Positions 40,001-55,000 of a DNA stretch of 64,000 nucleotides are shown one piece after another; the first letter of the stretch is position 1; each line of letters begins with the position of its first letter. The notes below the pieces were generated by a model. The model was not told where the DNA came from. It searched no databases and worked only from the letters and a program-made list of their open reading frames with translations. This DNA is from Raillietiella orientalis (taxonomy: Eukaryota): NCBI GenBank assembly GCA_036172245.1, contig JAYWIR010000037.1, positions 1,612,001 to 1,676,000 on the forward strand, read 5' to 3'. Made by a program: the position numbers and the translations under genes.

Positions 40001-43000
40001 CCTTGTTTCACGCCGCTTTCTCCAAGCTCGTATCAGAGTGCAAGTAGGCATGTAGACGCTTTAATGAAGGGACACCCATTCGCTGAAATGGGTACTCTTT
40101 GAGAATTCAAGTGTTCACGTACAGGAAGCACTCTACTAAAAATCAGGTGCACGCAAGGTCCGAGGTCACTGCTGAAGTCATATGCTTCAGGCTCCATTCT
40201 TGTTTGAAGAATTTCGCTTTCATTCTCAAGTTTATTTTGCAAATATCACAATTAAGCAAGGAGCATCGAGGACACGTTCAAATTTCTTCAAGCGCTCCTC
40301 ACCGACGAACTTTCACTTTCTCCGAGCGCGCTTTCGACGAAACGTGGGAAGCGGTCATTGCAATTCCAAACTCAGAAAAGTAGAGAAGGCGAAATCTCTG
40401 GGGGGTCATGTTCTTTCCTCGATGTCAGAGCAACGATTCTGACATATATGCACAAACGCAGTCTCTGGTGCCAAATTTGCAGCCAGCGTGGTTTTGATAC
40501 GCCCCATGAAATCCCATGCTCACTTCGTCCTTTGAATTTTCCTCATTGTAGGAAGACCAATGCCGAATTTGATGTGGTTTTTGGGAGATTCGATGATAGA
40601 TGACTCCTACATTTCATCTCCTGACGGGAAGGTTTCCAACAGCCTTCACGTCAAGAAGCTCAGTAGGGACGCCTTCAACAAGAGCATCACTTGCTCTGCT
40701 TCCAACACCGACCTCCATCCTCCCAGAGTATCATCCGTCCTCATCAACATGTACTGTGAGTACTGATTTCCCTTCTACTTTCCCGAGTACTTTCCCGTTT
40801 TTGCTGTGACGAGTCCGCATTGACTCGTCACAGGAAATGCGGAAACAATCGCGAGTTCTATAAGGGAGACAAGCTTGTCTGGTACATCAAGCTGGAAAGT
40901 TTCTGCCTTTGTCCCTCACCTCTCCTTTCGTTTAATCTTTGGAAGAAGATGCAGACAGTGCAATCGAATGATAGACTTCCTCGTGTGACTTGTATTGCCT
41001 TCGTACTTTCGAAGACTTGGTCGAGCAAGCATGCGCTTCGTCTGAAGTCTAAGCAGGATCCAGATGGACTAACCACTTCTGAACTCAGAATCCCAAAGCA
41101 AAGGAGAAGGATTGGCACTTGAGGGACATTGCTGAACTGTTCGGCTGATGAAAGTGAATTTTAAATCCTTTTTCATTCTTTTTCTCCTCTCTTTCGTGGG
41201 TTGGAATTCGTGTCTTGAGGCTCTTGGACCTTGCTGTAGTGAGGCTAACCGAAGTGCTTCCAAAGAACGACTCCTTGACTGAGACAATGGCCATGTTTCT
41301 CGGATTCGCTTGAGGACCACATCTTTGATCGGGAACCGTCCTAATGAGCAGAACTTGCAGAGTCCCGTGGCTTTTCCTGCAGGAAGGATTCCTGCTTTAA
41401 AATCTTTGGGACCAAATACCTGTGAAATCTGTTCAAGTTTGGGTCATTTTTTTCGAAATTCTGCCGAGGATAAATATGTTCTTTGGAAAAGGTCGCTCCA
41501 ACTTATCATTGTCCGAGAGTAGACGAGTCCTCCACACTTGAACTTCTATTTGTATCTTTTGTTTAATTTATGAATCACAAGAAACTGTGTTCCTTGTTTT
41601 TCGTTTTATAGTTTTGGTTTTTTTATCAAAATAAACGTCCCGGAGCAACAGGTCACTCGGTCGTCTTTCCTTCCTGCTAGAAGGTCAGTGGACGAACAGA
41701 AAACAGGATCATGAACTTGAGAACCAGCCTTGCGTTCAAATAGAATTATGAAATGATGGGTGCATTACCGGTTTCTGAGACTGTGATAGAATATTTGTGC
41801 TGTTAGAAAGGCATGCTGCATGTTCTACAAAAGACTGCTCATCCTCCGGTGTTCCTTTGTGTTTGCTTCCGCGCTGTCTATAAAAGCAAACTCTTCTTTT
41901 GTTGCATCCGTCCCAATGGGAAAAAGGAGATCATTTGAGAGTGCCCGTCAGCGGAAAGTGGAGGGGGATCTTGACAAGAAAGTTGGAAAAGTAGCCCTCC
42001 GAGTTTTTCCTTTTACTCCAGAAATAAGGGTGATAAAAAAGACATTTGCACCTCTTAATTCACGACAGCAGATATTTCTGATGTGCTCCATCTCGTGGAT
42101 CATTCTTTTTGTGAGGGCAAGCATGCTAGTCTCGTTCTTGACAAGAGCCTCTGCAGCCAATGACATCGGCAAGAATTCAGTTGCTTTCGCTTCCCACTTC
42201 GGAAAGTACAAACAGTGTACACTACTTCAGAGAAGCAGCTGCTCATCCAAACAATTGCCCTCCTTGCTTTCGGGCCAGGCGTTTCCAGACTGGAACAGTC
42301 AGCAGACCCTCTGAGCTTCGGTGATGATGATGAAAACAGAGTCCATCCTTGGGAAGAGCGTGCCGTATTTCCGTGACGTGTTTTCCGCATGCTGGGACAC
42401 TCTTGCAATACGCTAAGTTTTTTATTGACTTTCACTCCATTTGCAAGATTCCGTATTGTGAGAGATGCCCGAGTCCCGTCGCTTAAAAAGCAGTTTCCTG
42501 TCATTCTAGATGCTTGAACTCCCCAGGAACACTCAACATCCGAACCTCATAAATGAATATTTCAGCAAAAAGGAGTTCCCCCCTTCTCCTCCTTTAGGCG
42601 AAGGAATGTTTCACATTAGAAATGCCTATCGAAACAATCATCCAGGAGTTGATTTCTCCTGGAAGAGAAATAAGAAGCTGAAAAAAACTCGACAGCGAGC
42701 TCGGAGTACGGTTTAGTGGCTTTCTGCTACTAGAAATGCATGATGAGTGTGCTTGAAGGTTACTGGAGGATTTGATTGTGGCGCTAGGGAGAGGTATTTA
42801 TTCTGAGAAAGCTCAGATGAAGCAAAACCTGAGAAAATAAAATTAGGATGGGCATGGGTTGGTGAAGTCTGCGGATGGAAGCCATGCGGGATTCTGGTTT
42901 GCTGCTAAGAGGCAAGTTCAACCCTTAAAGTGAATCCGTTTCATCTACCTTCAAGGAAGCACAAGTCCATTTAAGGGAGTCGCATTCCGAGTAGGTAGAG

Positions 43001-46000
43001 TCGTCACACCTGGAAGGATTCTGTGAAAGTTTTAGAACAGCACTATTGTGCTGAAGCATGTGCTAATTTCTTCATGCTAAACATTCCCGTCTTGCATTTG
43101 CTAAGGTTGTCGAGAAAAATTCCTGAACACAAAGAAAGGCTCTGGATTCACCCTGATTCATTCTGAACAACCCCAAAACTTGATATCTTTCTGCAGACTT
43201 GATATCTATTATCTTCATGCTTATGTTATGTTCTGCTCTGGCTACAGGTGAACTTTTGGAATGATGTCTCCATGCACGCGAATATTGGCATTCGATGGGG
43301 ACTCCCAGACAACAAGCGGGACAGCTGTGACTTATGAGAGTGAACTTGCCCAATTCTCTTTCATCAATGCAGACCATGTGTATCTGGTGCGGGGGCGTGA
43401 ACTGAGGATGGTCATGTCAACTCGAAAATGTGGCTTCGTTTCACTTTGGAGAGATGGAAAATTTTCGCCTTGTTTTCTCACAGTACGAATGTCTTGTTGG
43501 GTCCATGCATTGTCCTCAAGTTTTTGCAACTCCTGTTTGGAGTTGCTGAAAGCCGACTTTCACCATGTGCTGCCGTGCTGTATGTTTTCATCTCCGTGCT
43601 GGTAGGATTCTTTTGCAACTCTTGTTTCATTTCCATTGCTTGATGTATGAGGAAACCGGAACAGATGCAAGGTGGCTACTTTTTCCTATTGGGATTCGAG
43701 CTTCTCTCATGTTTACGTTTTTCAAGATCGTTGAATTCATCACACGAGTACCTAGAGCCTATCTTGAATTAAATTAGAGAGATCAAGGCTGTTTGACGGA
43801 GTAGGCAATTCCAATGATCCATCACAGAATGTATTCCTCTCGTGTTCAGGAACCCAACTTGCCTTGGTTCCGTGAAGACGTTTTTAAGCTTCCCAGCTAT
43901 TTTTTTTTTTTTTAAGGATCGTGAGAGTTCGAGCCAGCTACAAACTTGCACGTTAGAAAATCATCAGAAAAGAGTCACCTTTGTTCCGCACTAGATCACT
44001 CAGTAATTGGTGATCTCACGTGAATGTTCATAAGGATAAAGGGTAGAGATTAAAAAAAAAAAAAAAAAACCACTCAAAGGTGCAAAATTTTGGATTCCAT
44101 GATCGACACCAGATCTATGTAACAGACCAAACCTAGCCTGATCTTTTTATGTTCCTCTGAAAAACAAATAATGCCCAATAGGAGCCAAGTAATCACATTG
44201 CAACGAAAAAAAGAAAGGAATGGAAATCGGAATCGCGAAGCTGGTTGAACATCCACCAGATGGATGAGAGAAAAAGACCGTAATTTTTCGATATCATCAC
44301 CTTCTTCTGATTAAGCAGAACGAAGGAGAAGCAAAATGGAATGGAAGAATGGGAAATTCCAAAGTTCAACTTGAAAGGTACCACCTGAATTTTCTGAGCT
44401 TCAGGAATTAGACAAAGGATTTTCAACTCAGGATGAAAGACGGAAGGTGGTTGAAAAGTAAACGCAAAATCAAAGCATGAAAAGGAAGTGTTGAACCGCT
44501 TTGCTCTTGACTCTGCATCCAAGCGTGTACCATCACTTGCTAACCTCTTGCGTTGCTCGAGTTTGCTGTGGAAAAAACTCGTGCCAACTCCATTCCAAGT
44601 TTTGCAACGAATGTGCCCTTTGCTGCTGCAAGAAATGCTTTGAATTTCTCAGTAGTAAAAGGAAACGGTCTTCACCCTTCTTCTCAGCAGTTACTATCGA
44701 AAGGAGAACCTTCGACAAAATCTTGACCACGATAATGAGGTCAATCTTGCATCAGAGAAGGACCGGCTGCCTGGACTTCCAGGCAGACAGGCAGAATTTC
44801 AGCATGCTGAGTTCTCTTCTAGCCGCAGTTCCTCTCTTTTTCATGCTGCTCGTTCTACAGAACAGTTTCGTGGGATTCGTGAAGAGTCATCCATCAAAAC
44901 TTCCCTCGAGAATTGCTTGATCTTCCTTGATCTCAGTCTTAACAGCTTGAGAACACGGTTTCCGATTGATGGTTATTTGAAACGCAGTATTCTGTGGATC
45001 CACAAGTGGGGGGAGTGAGTCTTGGATCCCGCGAATTGGATCCTATGGGCAAAAGTTTCCGCTGAAAGTGTTAAAATGTGTCTAATTCATGTCTTGCTTT
45101 CAAAAGTGAAGCCCATCTCTGTGTACATCGTCGACAAGGAGAGGAAACTTTCTGCGAATAGGAGGCACGTGTTGGAATGCCGCTCACAAGGCTCGTACCC
45201 ACCTGCTGAGATAACCTGGCTGGAAGAAGGGGAAGTGGTCGACAACCGCTCAAGACACGTAAGAACATGTGAAACACTGTAAAAACTTTTCCCCTCTACG
45301 AGCGAAAGACATGGCTGCCTTTTCACTCACGTGATGATTCTTTAAGGAAGTGTTTCGTGAGAAATTCTGGAGCATGTTGAATTCTTGAATGATCCGTTCA
45401 ACAGCTGTTTATTGCCAGAAAGATGTTTTATAAGTTTAGCTCAGCACGTAGAGAGCTATGTTTTGCACGTGGCTACAGTTCTCTTCTTCCATAAACTTCT
45501 AGCAACGGTCGCTTGTGTTTTTCAACACGAATATGAATTAGCGAGGCCTCCCAGAAAGTAATTTTCGAAGTAGATCAATCCAAACAGACTAATCTGCCTG
45601 AACAATAATCTTCTGTTGGGCTTTTCCTTTTTTCTATCTATCTCTCTACTTTTTCCCGGTCCTCCTCTCAGTACAGGAAGTACCCCTTTCATAGATCTTC
45701 ATGGTCTAAACTTTCTTATGACCAGGGATGTGGGTTTTCGTCATTGTAGGAAGGCAAAGATATTCCCACGTACTTCCCAAAGCCCGAGTTTGGCTTCGTT
45801 TCCGATTTTGCTTTCCCTTTATTTTATTTTTCTGCTAAAGTTTATTGAGATTTACGAAGTGTGTCTCAGTGTGTTCTATCGTGTTTCTTGGGTTCGTTCC
45901 ACATCCTTCATGCAATGGCTACCTGAAACAGAACTGCTGTTGCTCTTTCTTACCAACCATACTGGTATTTATGATAGTGCAATTGATATGTAACTTTTCA

Positions 46001-49000
46001 TTGATAATTCCACTTCTCGCGCTGTTTTATCGTTCCCGTTTAACTGCTTTCCTCAGAAATGTATCACACCATCTTTCATTACTGGTCGGAATCTCTTAGA
46101 GCATCAAACTGCATCCGTTGCTTAGCAGTCTCAGATCTTAGCTTTCCGGAAGTTTTATGTGTTAAAGGGAAGAAAATTATGGCACTCCATGCACACCGAG
46201 TGGAAATGAATGGAAACGCATACTTAAGCATCACGTGATTTGTTGCAGAATACATGGTTTATTGGTCGTAGTTTTTTTAGAAGCCTTTTTTAAGTGCTTT
46301 TTCGATTAATGTTGCCACCCACAGAAGACGTCGCGGATAAAGCCGGTATTTATTTATCCCGTAACTGGAAATAATTACAACCCATCTTGAATCTTACTTT
46401 CGGATAAATCAGTACGTGCGGAAGGTAATTTCATATTAAGACTTTTGGCTTATTCCGTGGTGATTTGAAATTACAAGGGTGCATGAATAAACATTTGCTC
46501 ACTCCTTCCCAGTGTTTGCTGCTCGAATAGTGTTACTTCTCTGATCTGTCGCCATGCAGGAGAAAACATCTGTCGTTCTTTGGATTTCTTTGGAGTCTGT
46601 TTTGGACTTTCCTTTAAACAGTTCATTTTCATGCGCTAAAGTTTAGCAAAGCACAACTTTCGGGAAGGAAACAGTCCCTTTTACAACGTTGTCCATTTTT
46701 AAAATCCCATAAAACTGCTTACAGCATCATGTGGATGTTTCTATAAATAAATCATTTCGCTCCTTCAGGAAACGCCGTGTAGTTCGAAGCTTGAGAGTTG
46801 AAATTTCAAAAGTTCGTTTGCTGTGAAAATTTGCTTTTGGTTTTTTTTTTTCTAATTCCTGTGTATGTGGACGATTGCAACCTAGATGAAAGTGTTTGAA
46901 TGGTACGAAATCCCTTTGGCCTCATCTTTTTACTCTACACGCCGTGGCTGCAAGAGAGACGCGAAGAATTCTGAAAAAGCGATGAGGAAAACCGCAAGCA
47001 CGTGATTTTCCTGTAATTAGTATCACCTTCTTCCCCTTCTGATATGAAAAAGTGCACCAATTATGAATGTTCAAATTTTTTGATCATTTCATTTTCCAGA
47101 TCAACGGAAGCAAGGAATCTGTTAGCTGGATGGAATTTATGGCCAGCATATCCGATGATGGCAAGAAAATTTCCTGTCAAGCAAGAAATGCGAAGATCCC
47201 TAACGAATTCATAGAAGACGTCATTACTTTAGACATTGCTTGTAAGCTTCATAAGAACATAGAAAAATAGCCCACAATTCGCACGAATGCAAACCATAGC
47301 AACTCTGAAAACTTCAAAAACGATAAGATCCTTTGTACAAATAAAACTAGAGTCCCTTAAATCATCTTGACTACTGGTACATGTGCACACTTGCCCGCTG
47401 ATCTCGAAATATTCGAGGTCTCTCCAGCAGCCTTCGTGGGTCTTCATCGCTGTATTGGGGTGCAACTATTACAGTGCCGTGGGTATCGTAGATGAATTTT
47501 TACTAGTCCGGCGGTTACTTGGAATACAGGAAAGATATCTGGAACAAACAGATATATGATTAAAAAAAAAAACCCTGTTTTCCTTTTGATTAAAGTTGAT
47601 TTGTTCCTGATATCTGAACATACTTTCCCCCTTATTTAATGGAATAGGTCCTCGAATGATAGTTTTCAATTGAAGAGCTGTTTTTAGATTTACTCCAATC
47701 TTTAGGTCAAGTCAAACGATAACTTGGCTTCTTTTTCTAGATAAGCCTCTGGTCAAAGTGCGAATGGGAAACTCCCTTCACCCCGGAAGTATTAAATTAG
47801 GGGATGATGTGTATTTTGAATGTGAAGTCGAATCAAATCCACCACCCATAAAGATAACTTGGAAACACGAGGTATTATTTTACTATTATTTTACTCGCCA
47901 GTTCAACATGGCTTTTCTGTTTTGAGATTATGAGGGAAACCACCACACATTCATATGAAATGAAACATTTATTAAAAAAAAATTTTCCAATCTGATAATG
48001 CTTGAGGATTGAAAGTTTTTTTCTAGCAAGTCCTGCATCTTTTCTTGGCTCATGAATCCGTCCAAGGAAAAAAAAAAAAAAAAATCGCTTCGTGTCATTT
48101 GGTGTGCTGCTATAATTCCGCTCACGGTTTAGAATCGCGATTTGCAGCATCTGCAAGAAACGCCGTGCTATCACTTCCTGCATCCCTCGAGAGTGTCACA
48201 GGTTTCACTCAGAAGCAGAAATTCATCCAAAAGTGCGTTCGGTCAGTGTTTGGCTTTCTCAAAGAAATTTTTTCCATAAATTCCGCGCCCATCTCATACT
48301 CATCCAGTTCTCCTCACATGATTTGGATATGGAAATTACCATAACGTTGCTTCATTTGGAGAATGAACTTTATGCCAATATTGGAATGCGCGTCAGCAAC
48401 TGGCTAGCAAGCAACTAAGGCTCACCGCGGCAATCAGAGGAAGAGCTCTTTAGCAGATGAAGTGCCAGGTTGCAGCTTGCAGATTCCACACTCTCCGGCC
48501 ACGAACCAATCGAGCATTCGTACATTTCAGGGCGAACATTTGCTACTCGCTGAGTGCGAAAAGTGCATCTAGAAAAGCGGCTTTTCTTTTATGGCTGTGC
48601 GCCAGAACGAGCTTTCCGAGATGCAGTTTCCTGCGATGGGGACCTGCGCTTGCAGTGCTGCGTAGGGCCGTTCGAAATGGCGACTCGGACACCTGGGGAT
48701 GTTTTCGTGAATCGGAATGGAGTCACTGTGCGCACGGGATCTCGCATTTCATTCCTCGCAACCGCTCTGGGCGCTAGCGCTCCAGTCCTTGTACGTTGGA
48801 AAGGAGTACACTGAAATTTGGGAAAAGGGAAGACGTTGCGCTGGTAGTGCAGAGCAGGGGCACAGCTGCCATGGCGACGCAAACTTTTTTGCCCTCATCT
48901 GAATTCCAATTCCACATCGGATTTCACCTGGGATGATAATGGCAGTGACTGCGTCCGAGAATGCTCCTGGTCACTACCTCCTCTGAAGGCAGTGAGTTAC

Positions 49001-52000
49001 CAGAATCTGTTCCAATAGCCATTCTAAAAGCGAGGAGAAAGATGCTCAGATTGAATAAAGAAGGCTAGACTTCTGCCCACCGTGGAAGAAGAATAATCAC
49101 TCCACGGTTTTTCTGTTGACTCGACAGATGAAACTGCTTGCTACAAGATGGACAAAATGAATTATTCTCAGTGGAAAGATGCTTCCTTTTTGTACCGCAG
49201 AGCGATTGATTATAAAGACGTGGTTGTTCACGGAATCCAACTCATCCTCTTTAATTTGCTTTCTGTAGGTCAGTTGCGTCTCATTCCTGTACACGTTAGA
49301 AATTTCCCGCTTTGAAGTTCAGAAATTGAGAGTTCCCGACGTTGCAATTGACAACAAGCGGAGAACTGAGTTGCCTATAATTTAGAGAACGTCATCTCTA
49401 AGCACGATCAAAAATCTTGGCCTTTCGATACAAATAATAACAAAGACGAATAGTGTGGAATAATAAGGTCGCTATTATTTTTTCGATAATTTATGGAAAC
49501 AACATTCTTGAAATTGGGTTGCATTCCGGAAGCAAAATGGCTTCTGCTTACAAATCTGTCGAAGTTCTCACCGGGAATACAATTTATCTGCAGGATGAAA
49601 GCTGCTTAGTTTCGTGTCTGTGGTCAGCTGCTTCTGAGGACGAAGAACGAAAGAAGTGAATTTGAATCAGAGAATGAAACGAATGGCATCTCTAAGTTTT
49701 GGTTGTATAGACTGAAGCATTCTCAAGGCTCTTGTCTGCCTTGGAAATGGAGGCGCTCTCCAGCATCAGAAGAAGCCCTTCTATGGAACAGCTTTTGATG
49801 CTGAAGGACTTTGAAAAACAGTGCGGCCTCGATTAAGATTGACCATACAAGTAGCTGCGCTCAGTGAGGGGCTAAGTCCATTGGGTGTCATGGCAGTTGC
49901 TCTCTGGGTGAGCTCATTCTGGCGATTCTTGGCTGCCTGTTGAGGTCTCTTTTCTTCGTCCTTTCTTCTTCGGGAGAACATTTCAAGCATTGCTCGGAAC
50001 TAGGAATCTCTTCTCTCCAGTAAACTTTTCCATGCCATGCCGTTGATGATATACGAAAATCTTGCGCTAGATTTTTTTGGATGAGAATTTTTTTCTTTTC
50101 TGTTGCTGAGCTCTTGGAGGGAGAGGTTCATGATTCCTTTTCCTCACTTTCTTGTAATTTATAATTTTAAAACCTAAGGATTTTTAAAAGTCATTATACG
50201 GTTTGCACTGAATTAGCTAGACATCTTTAACATAAGGAGATGTGTGGTTTAAATTGTAATGGACTTGTTTTGAATGCTTTCAAATTTTGTGAGTGCTCAT
50301 TTCGAGATGTAGGAGTGGGCCTTCGAATTATTGCTACTGATTGCAGCTGCTTCCGTTTTGCTGGAATCGTGTCTGGGAAAGGAAGAGGGACTCTGGGATA
50401 GTTTATTGCAAAGTTGGTGACTGCAGCACCACTCTTCAAGGAAAATATTGAGATGCTGGAGGCAAAGCTTCTTGCCAGTAATATGTCTCTGACACGCGCT
50501 TCTCTTAATGCCCGGATGACATTTGTTAAGATTGAGTAGCTGATGTGCAGCAGTAGGCTACTCTCAGCTAGCAGCGAACGCGGTCGTTTTGAGGTATCTT
50601 AATCCTAGCCCTCGGAGAACTTCTGTTTCCGTCCCAAAGATCCAGATGCGGTTCATCTTCGCCTCCCTGAAAGAACGCGGCGGTACTGCTCACTAGCACG
50701 CGCTTCCTCCTCTCTCGCTGCTAGGCATGCTGCGAAGTGATTTCCGAATCTATCGCTCCAATCGATGGTCATACATTCTAACTTTGCCAAGGAGACGTGA
50801 CTCTGCATTCAGGCTAGGTAGTTCTCATCACATGGAGCATGCGTGCTTTGGCCATTATCAAAGTAGTAGAGTCACCACACCTGATCTGGTTTGTGACTCT
50901 CCTGGATTGAACTTCCGGACGAAAACATTACTTCATCCCAAGACATAACGGAGACATCACTCATTGCACCACTCACACCTCTTGCAAACTAAAGAGAGTC
51001 TGAAGTCCAGAGCTATCAGCTAATCAGCTCACAGTTTTCCATCCCTTGTCGTTTTCAAACGGGAAGAAACCATTCCAACTTGTCGCTTTTCATCCTGGAA
51101 TACATCTAAGCACATACATTCTACCAAAAGACAACACTGATGCCGACAGCGTAGAGTGTTTTCATGTGTGCTTGCAGCTTCTCTCAGAAGTGTAGGTCGA
51201 GACACATGACGATCTGTTCCATTTTTTCCTTCTGCCAGAACGAAAGGTGTTTCCTCTCCTTTCGATGAATAGTGGTTCCTGCTAACAGATACGGGAATCA
51301 CTGTTCCCTAGCTTGAAAAATCCCTGGAACCGAACAGAACCCCCTTTCCAGTTAACGAGTTCTGAATGCTACAGGGACTTTTTCTTTAGCATTTCCCCTG
51401 AATTCTCTAATTACTCTTAGTGTTCTGCGAGCAACTACCTGAAAGCACGGTTGGTGTTACTTGGCACAAGGCTTTTCGTCAGTGATGGCTTGAAACTGAA
51501 GGGTCCATTCAGTTTTCCTCACCTCTGGTCTTTCAAAGAGCAACGGCCTTCAATCAAGGCTATAGACAAAGCCATTTTTCCTCGGATTTGCTTCTTTTTT
51601 TTTTTTTTTGTATCAGAATTATTGGAGTAATCATTTTTGCTTTCTCACTGATTCTCTAGAGATTTTCCGTTCTCCAACTCCCATTTCTCTCTACAAAGCT
51701 TGCAATAACCTTCTGTTGCGGGCTGTGAACAGAAACCAAGGATGTCTTTCCTTTTAAAACTTTTATTGCATTAGCCAACTTTGGAGTATAACTACTGTCC
51801 CTTCTACAGGAACCGGATCTGCTTCATTTTATTTTGCATCTGCCTTTCTCTCCCTCAATGGTCAAATAGGCTTCCGGTCTTCTGAAATTTTCGCTTCGTG
51901 TTTGTCCGTTCTGGAACGCTGTAGAATGCATGTTTTGCAGCCACGAATGTTTCCGATGCAGGGGCAATGTGCTGATTCTGACCTGGAAGGAGGGGGCGAA

Positions 52001-55000
52001 GCTAAAGCATTTCATTAGGGTGACCTTCATCGTTTTTCGAAGCAAAACGAGATCTTTTTTCTACTTCGTGCTGCCTACTTTTCCCGGTTATTCTCTTCCG
52101 GGATTGCTCACGGTCTCTCTGAGTTTCCTAAAACGGTGACCATCTCGTGAATTCACTCCAGCAGAACGAGAGGGAATTTTTGAAAACAAGGTGGTGAGGA
52201 AAAGATTTCTAGGCTGGTTGCTGCCGAAACCTTTGGAAGGCTGGGGGGAAAAAAATCCTCCGCGGGTGGTTAAGCCTCGTTCGATTCGAAAACAGAAAGA
52301 AGTTGCAGTGGAAGAACGAAACTTCCTTCCTCGTGCTTCAAGCAATTGGAATGCTGCTTGGGGAAAGCCGACTAAACGAAAGGAATTCGCATGCTATCGT
52401 CACGGTATCTTCAAGCACATGTTCACTCAGAACAACTCTAAACTTGGAATTGATTTTTTTTTTATCGACTTTGGACGCATCGAGAACACAGGAATTGATC
52501 CCAGGTTTCAATTTCCCATGTTTTCAAATACAGAGCAGCAAACAGGCACTGCATTCTTACGGGAATAAACTGCACTTACACTGTAAAAGGATTCCGCCAT
52601 TTGAAATCCATGTCTACCTTTGAAACATGATCCCTTTGAAATCTCCCTCCTCCATAAATCATCTGTATCCAGAAGCTTGAGCAAGTCAGGTGTCAAATAA
52701 TTGCGCTGATCAGGAAAAAAAATCAGTTATCGGATGTTCATCTTCAAGGTCAAGTCCGTGACCTTCCAGCTTGAAATGCTTCTCTTGGCGACTTTTCTCC
52801 CCGTCGGTGCTGAACGAACGCCTAGGAATTTGTCTTTTGTCATTTTCAGCGATGTGCTTTTGATCTTTTCATATTGGGAATTCTTAAACGCCCCATCATA
52901 AACTCGACTTAATATGCATCAGTGAATAATTAAAAATCCGAGTTGTATTTGATTGATTCCTCTCAATCCGTCAACTGTATTCAATCAACATCTGTTCAAA
53001 TCGATTGCACGCTACGCGCTTTTGTTTATGCTTTTATGGAAGGACCCTGTATGTAATTTTAAGTTTCCTCTGTGCCATTTTATGTAGCTTCAATTTTTAA
53101 TAGATGACAACTGCATTGGGGATATTTTAGCTACATCATTTTAGCTACATTCTAGCGAACTGGATGCGGCATACCTGAGGACATCTGAGGACACAATAAG
53201 TTGTCCTGAAGCTTGTTTAGTGTTCGATGTAAATGTTGCTTCAAAATGTGTACCAAATGAGTTCAATCGACTGAAATTTGTACAATCCCTCAAAATGACT
53301 CGGATTCAAGGAATATCCTTGTTCCTTAAACTTATGCAAGAAACTGAACCTTGCGAAAATATCAAGGATTACTGTCTTTCCTCGACTAAAAGAGGGAGTT
53401 CCATTCCCAAATCGTGTTCATCCTAAAGTGTCTCTTTCGATGCTTCTCTGAACTGTTTCTCTATTTCTCTTGCTGATAACCACTCGAATTCGAAAATTAT
53501 CATTCACTGTGCGTTCAGCGCTGACTAAAATGTAGATCGAAAGGAGAAAAGAGAAAATTTGATGGAACCGAAAATTCTCTCTGGATCCACTTCCAACAAT
53601 AAAAACTCTACTTTTAGAAGTAAAGATTCATGGAGGGATTATTTTTTCTTGCGTCTAATCATCTCCCAGCCTCACTGCACAATTGCAAAAATTCAAGACC
53701 ATTAAAGCACATGCATGATTCCTGGACTGAAAGCAATTACTGAAGGCATCCGAAGATTATGAAAACAACCGACTACTCTTGAGGAGAAACTTCCAATTTC
53801 CTTTAGAAAGGAAAAAAAATGCTTCGATTTTCTGCAAATCCGTTGGAACATCTCAATGTGTTGGTCCTACTAATTAACCTCACACGGAAACTGCCTGAAA
53901 ATTTCAGGCTACGGCACTGAACTGGTCCAAGCCGGTTCGAGAGTACAGCATTTTCCAAAGTTGCATTCGCTGCTCAAAACTTTGGTACCCAATGAATAAA
54001 GCAATTAATCAAAAGTTAATCACTGGGTTTCGGCGGCACTTTTTCCTCCCATTGACAATTCTCGTAGCCAGGAAACGTACTTGTACACTCGGGATGCTCT
54101 GTATTCTTTCTGTGAGCTCTTGGCGAAATGCCGAAATTTCCTAAATTTCCGATGTTCCCTTGCTTGACTTGTTTACTCACTTTTGTGAGCTCCATCCGAT
54201 GAACGTGGAATATCTTCGTGATTGCTCCTCTCCATGCAGCGAGAATAGGAAGGTGACGTAGGCAAAGCATGATTAACTGGAATTTTATTTTTTCACCCTC
54301 TTCTGGAAATCTGGAGTTCCCCGTCAAGGCTCTCGCGGAAGCAGAATGCGATCAAATGGGAAACGAATCGAGCAAAAGATTATGAGCCGAGTTTTGAGAG
54401 GTCGCTTCAAGCAAGGATCCCATATCGATTCGTATGCGAGCTCTTGAATGACGGAGGTTCGGGTTAAAGTGTGAAATTGTTTCCTCCATGAGTGTGCTTC
54501 AGGCCACTTTCACCACCACCGAATACGAGCTCAGTCGCACATGTTGCCACGGTACAGCTTGGTGAAATGAACGGAGTGCTTCTCAAATGTATGCATTCTT
54601 CCCTTATGGGAGAAACAGAATTCTTTTGCACTTGGAATTTAAAGCTGATTGCTTCTGCTAGTGAAACTGTCAACGGAAAGCAGCCCTAACTCACTCCGAT
54701 GAGTTTGGGCACATTCTCTAAGGGTCTTTAATCCTTGATCATCTACTTCCATATGCAGCGTCAATCTAGTTTCGGTAGAAACTGTTCATTTTTCTGAGAC
54801 TGTAGCATGGCCTTGTGTTGAGATGTTCCCATGAATCCTAGGGTAGCTTTACGGATCAAAATCCCTTCTTTCGAATAGAGAAATAGATCATTTGATTATA
54901 GAATTTCTTCTAGGAAAAACACTGTTCTTACTGAACCGGTTTCAATCCCCCAACCAGGATTACTTGATCACGTGTGACATAAGTAAGACTGCAGAAATCT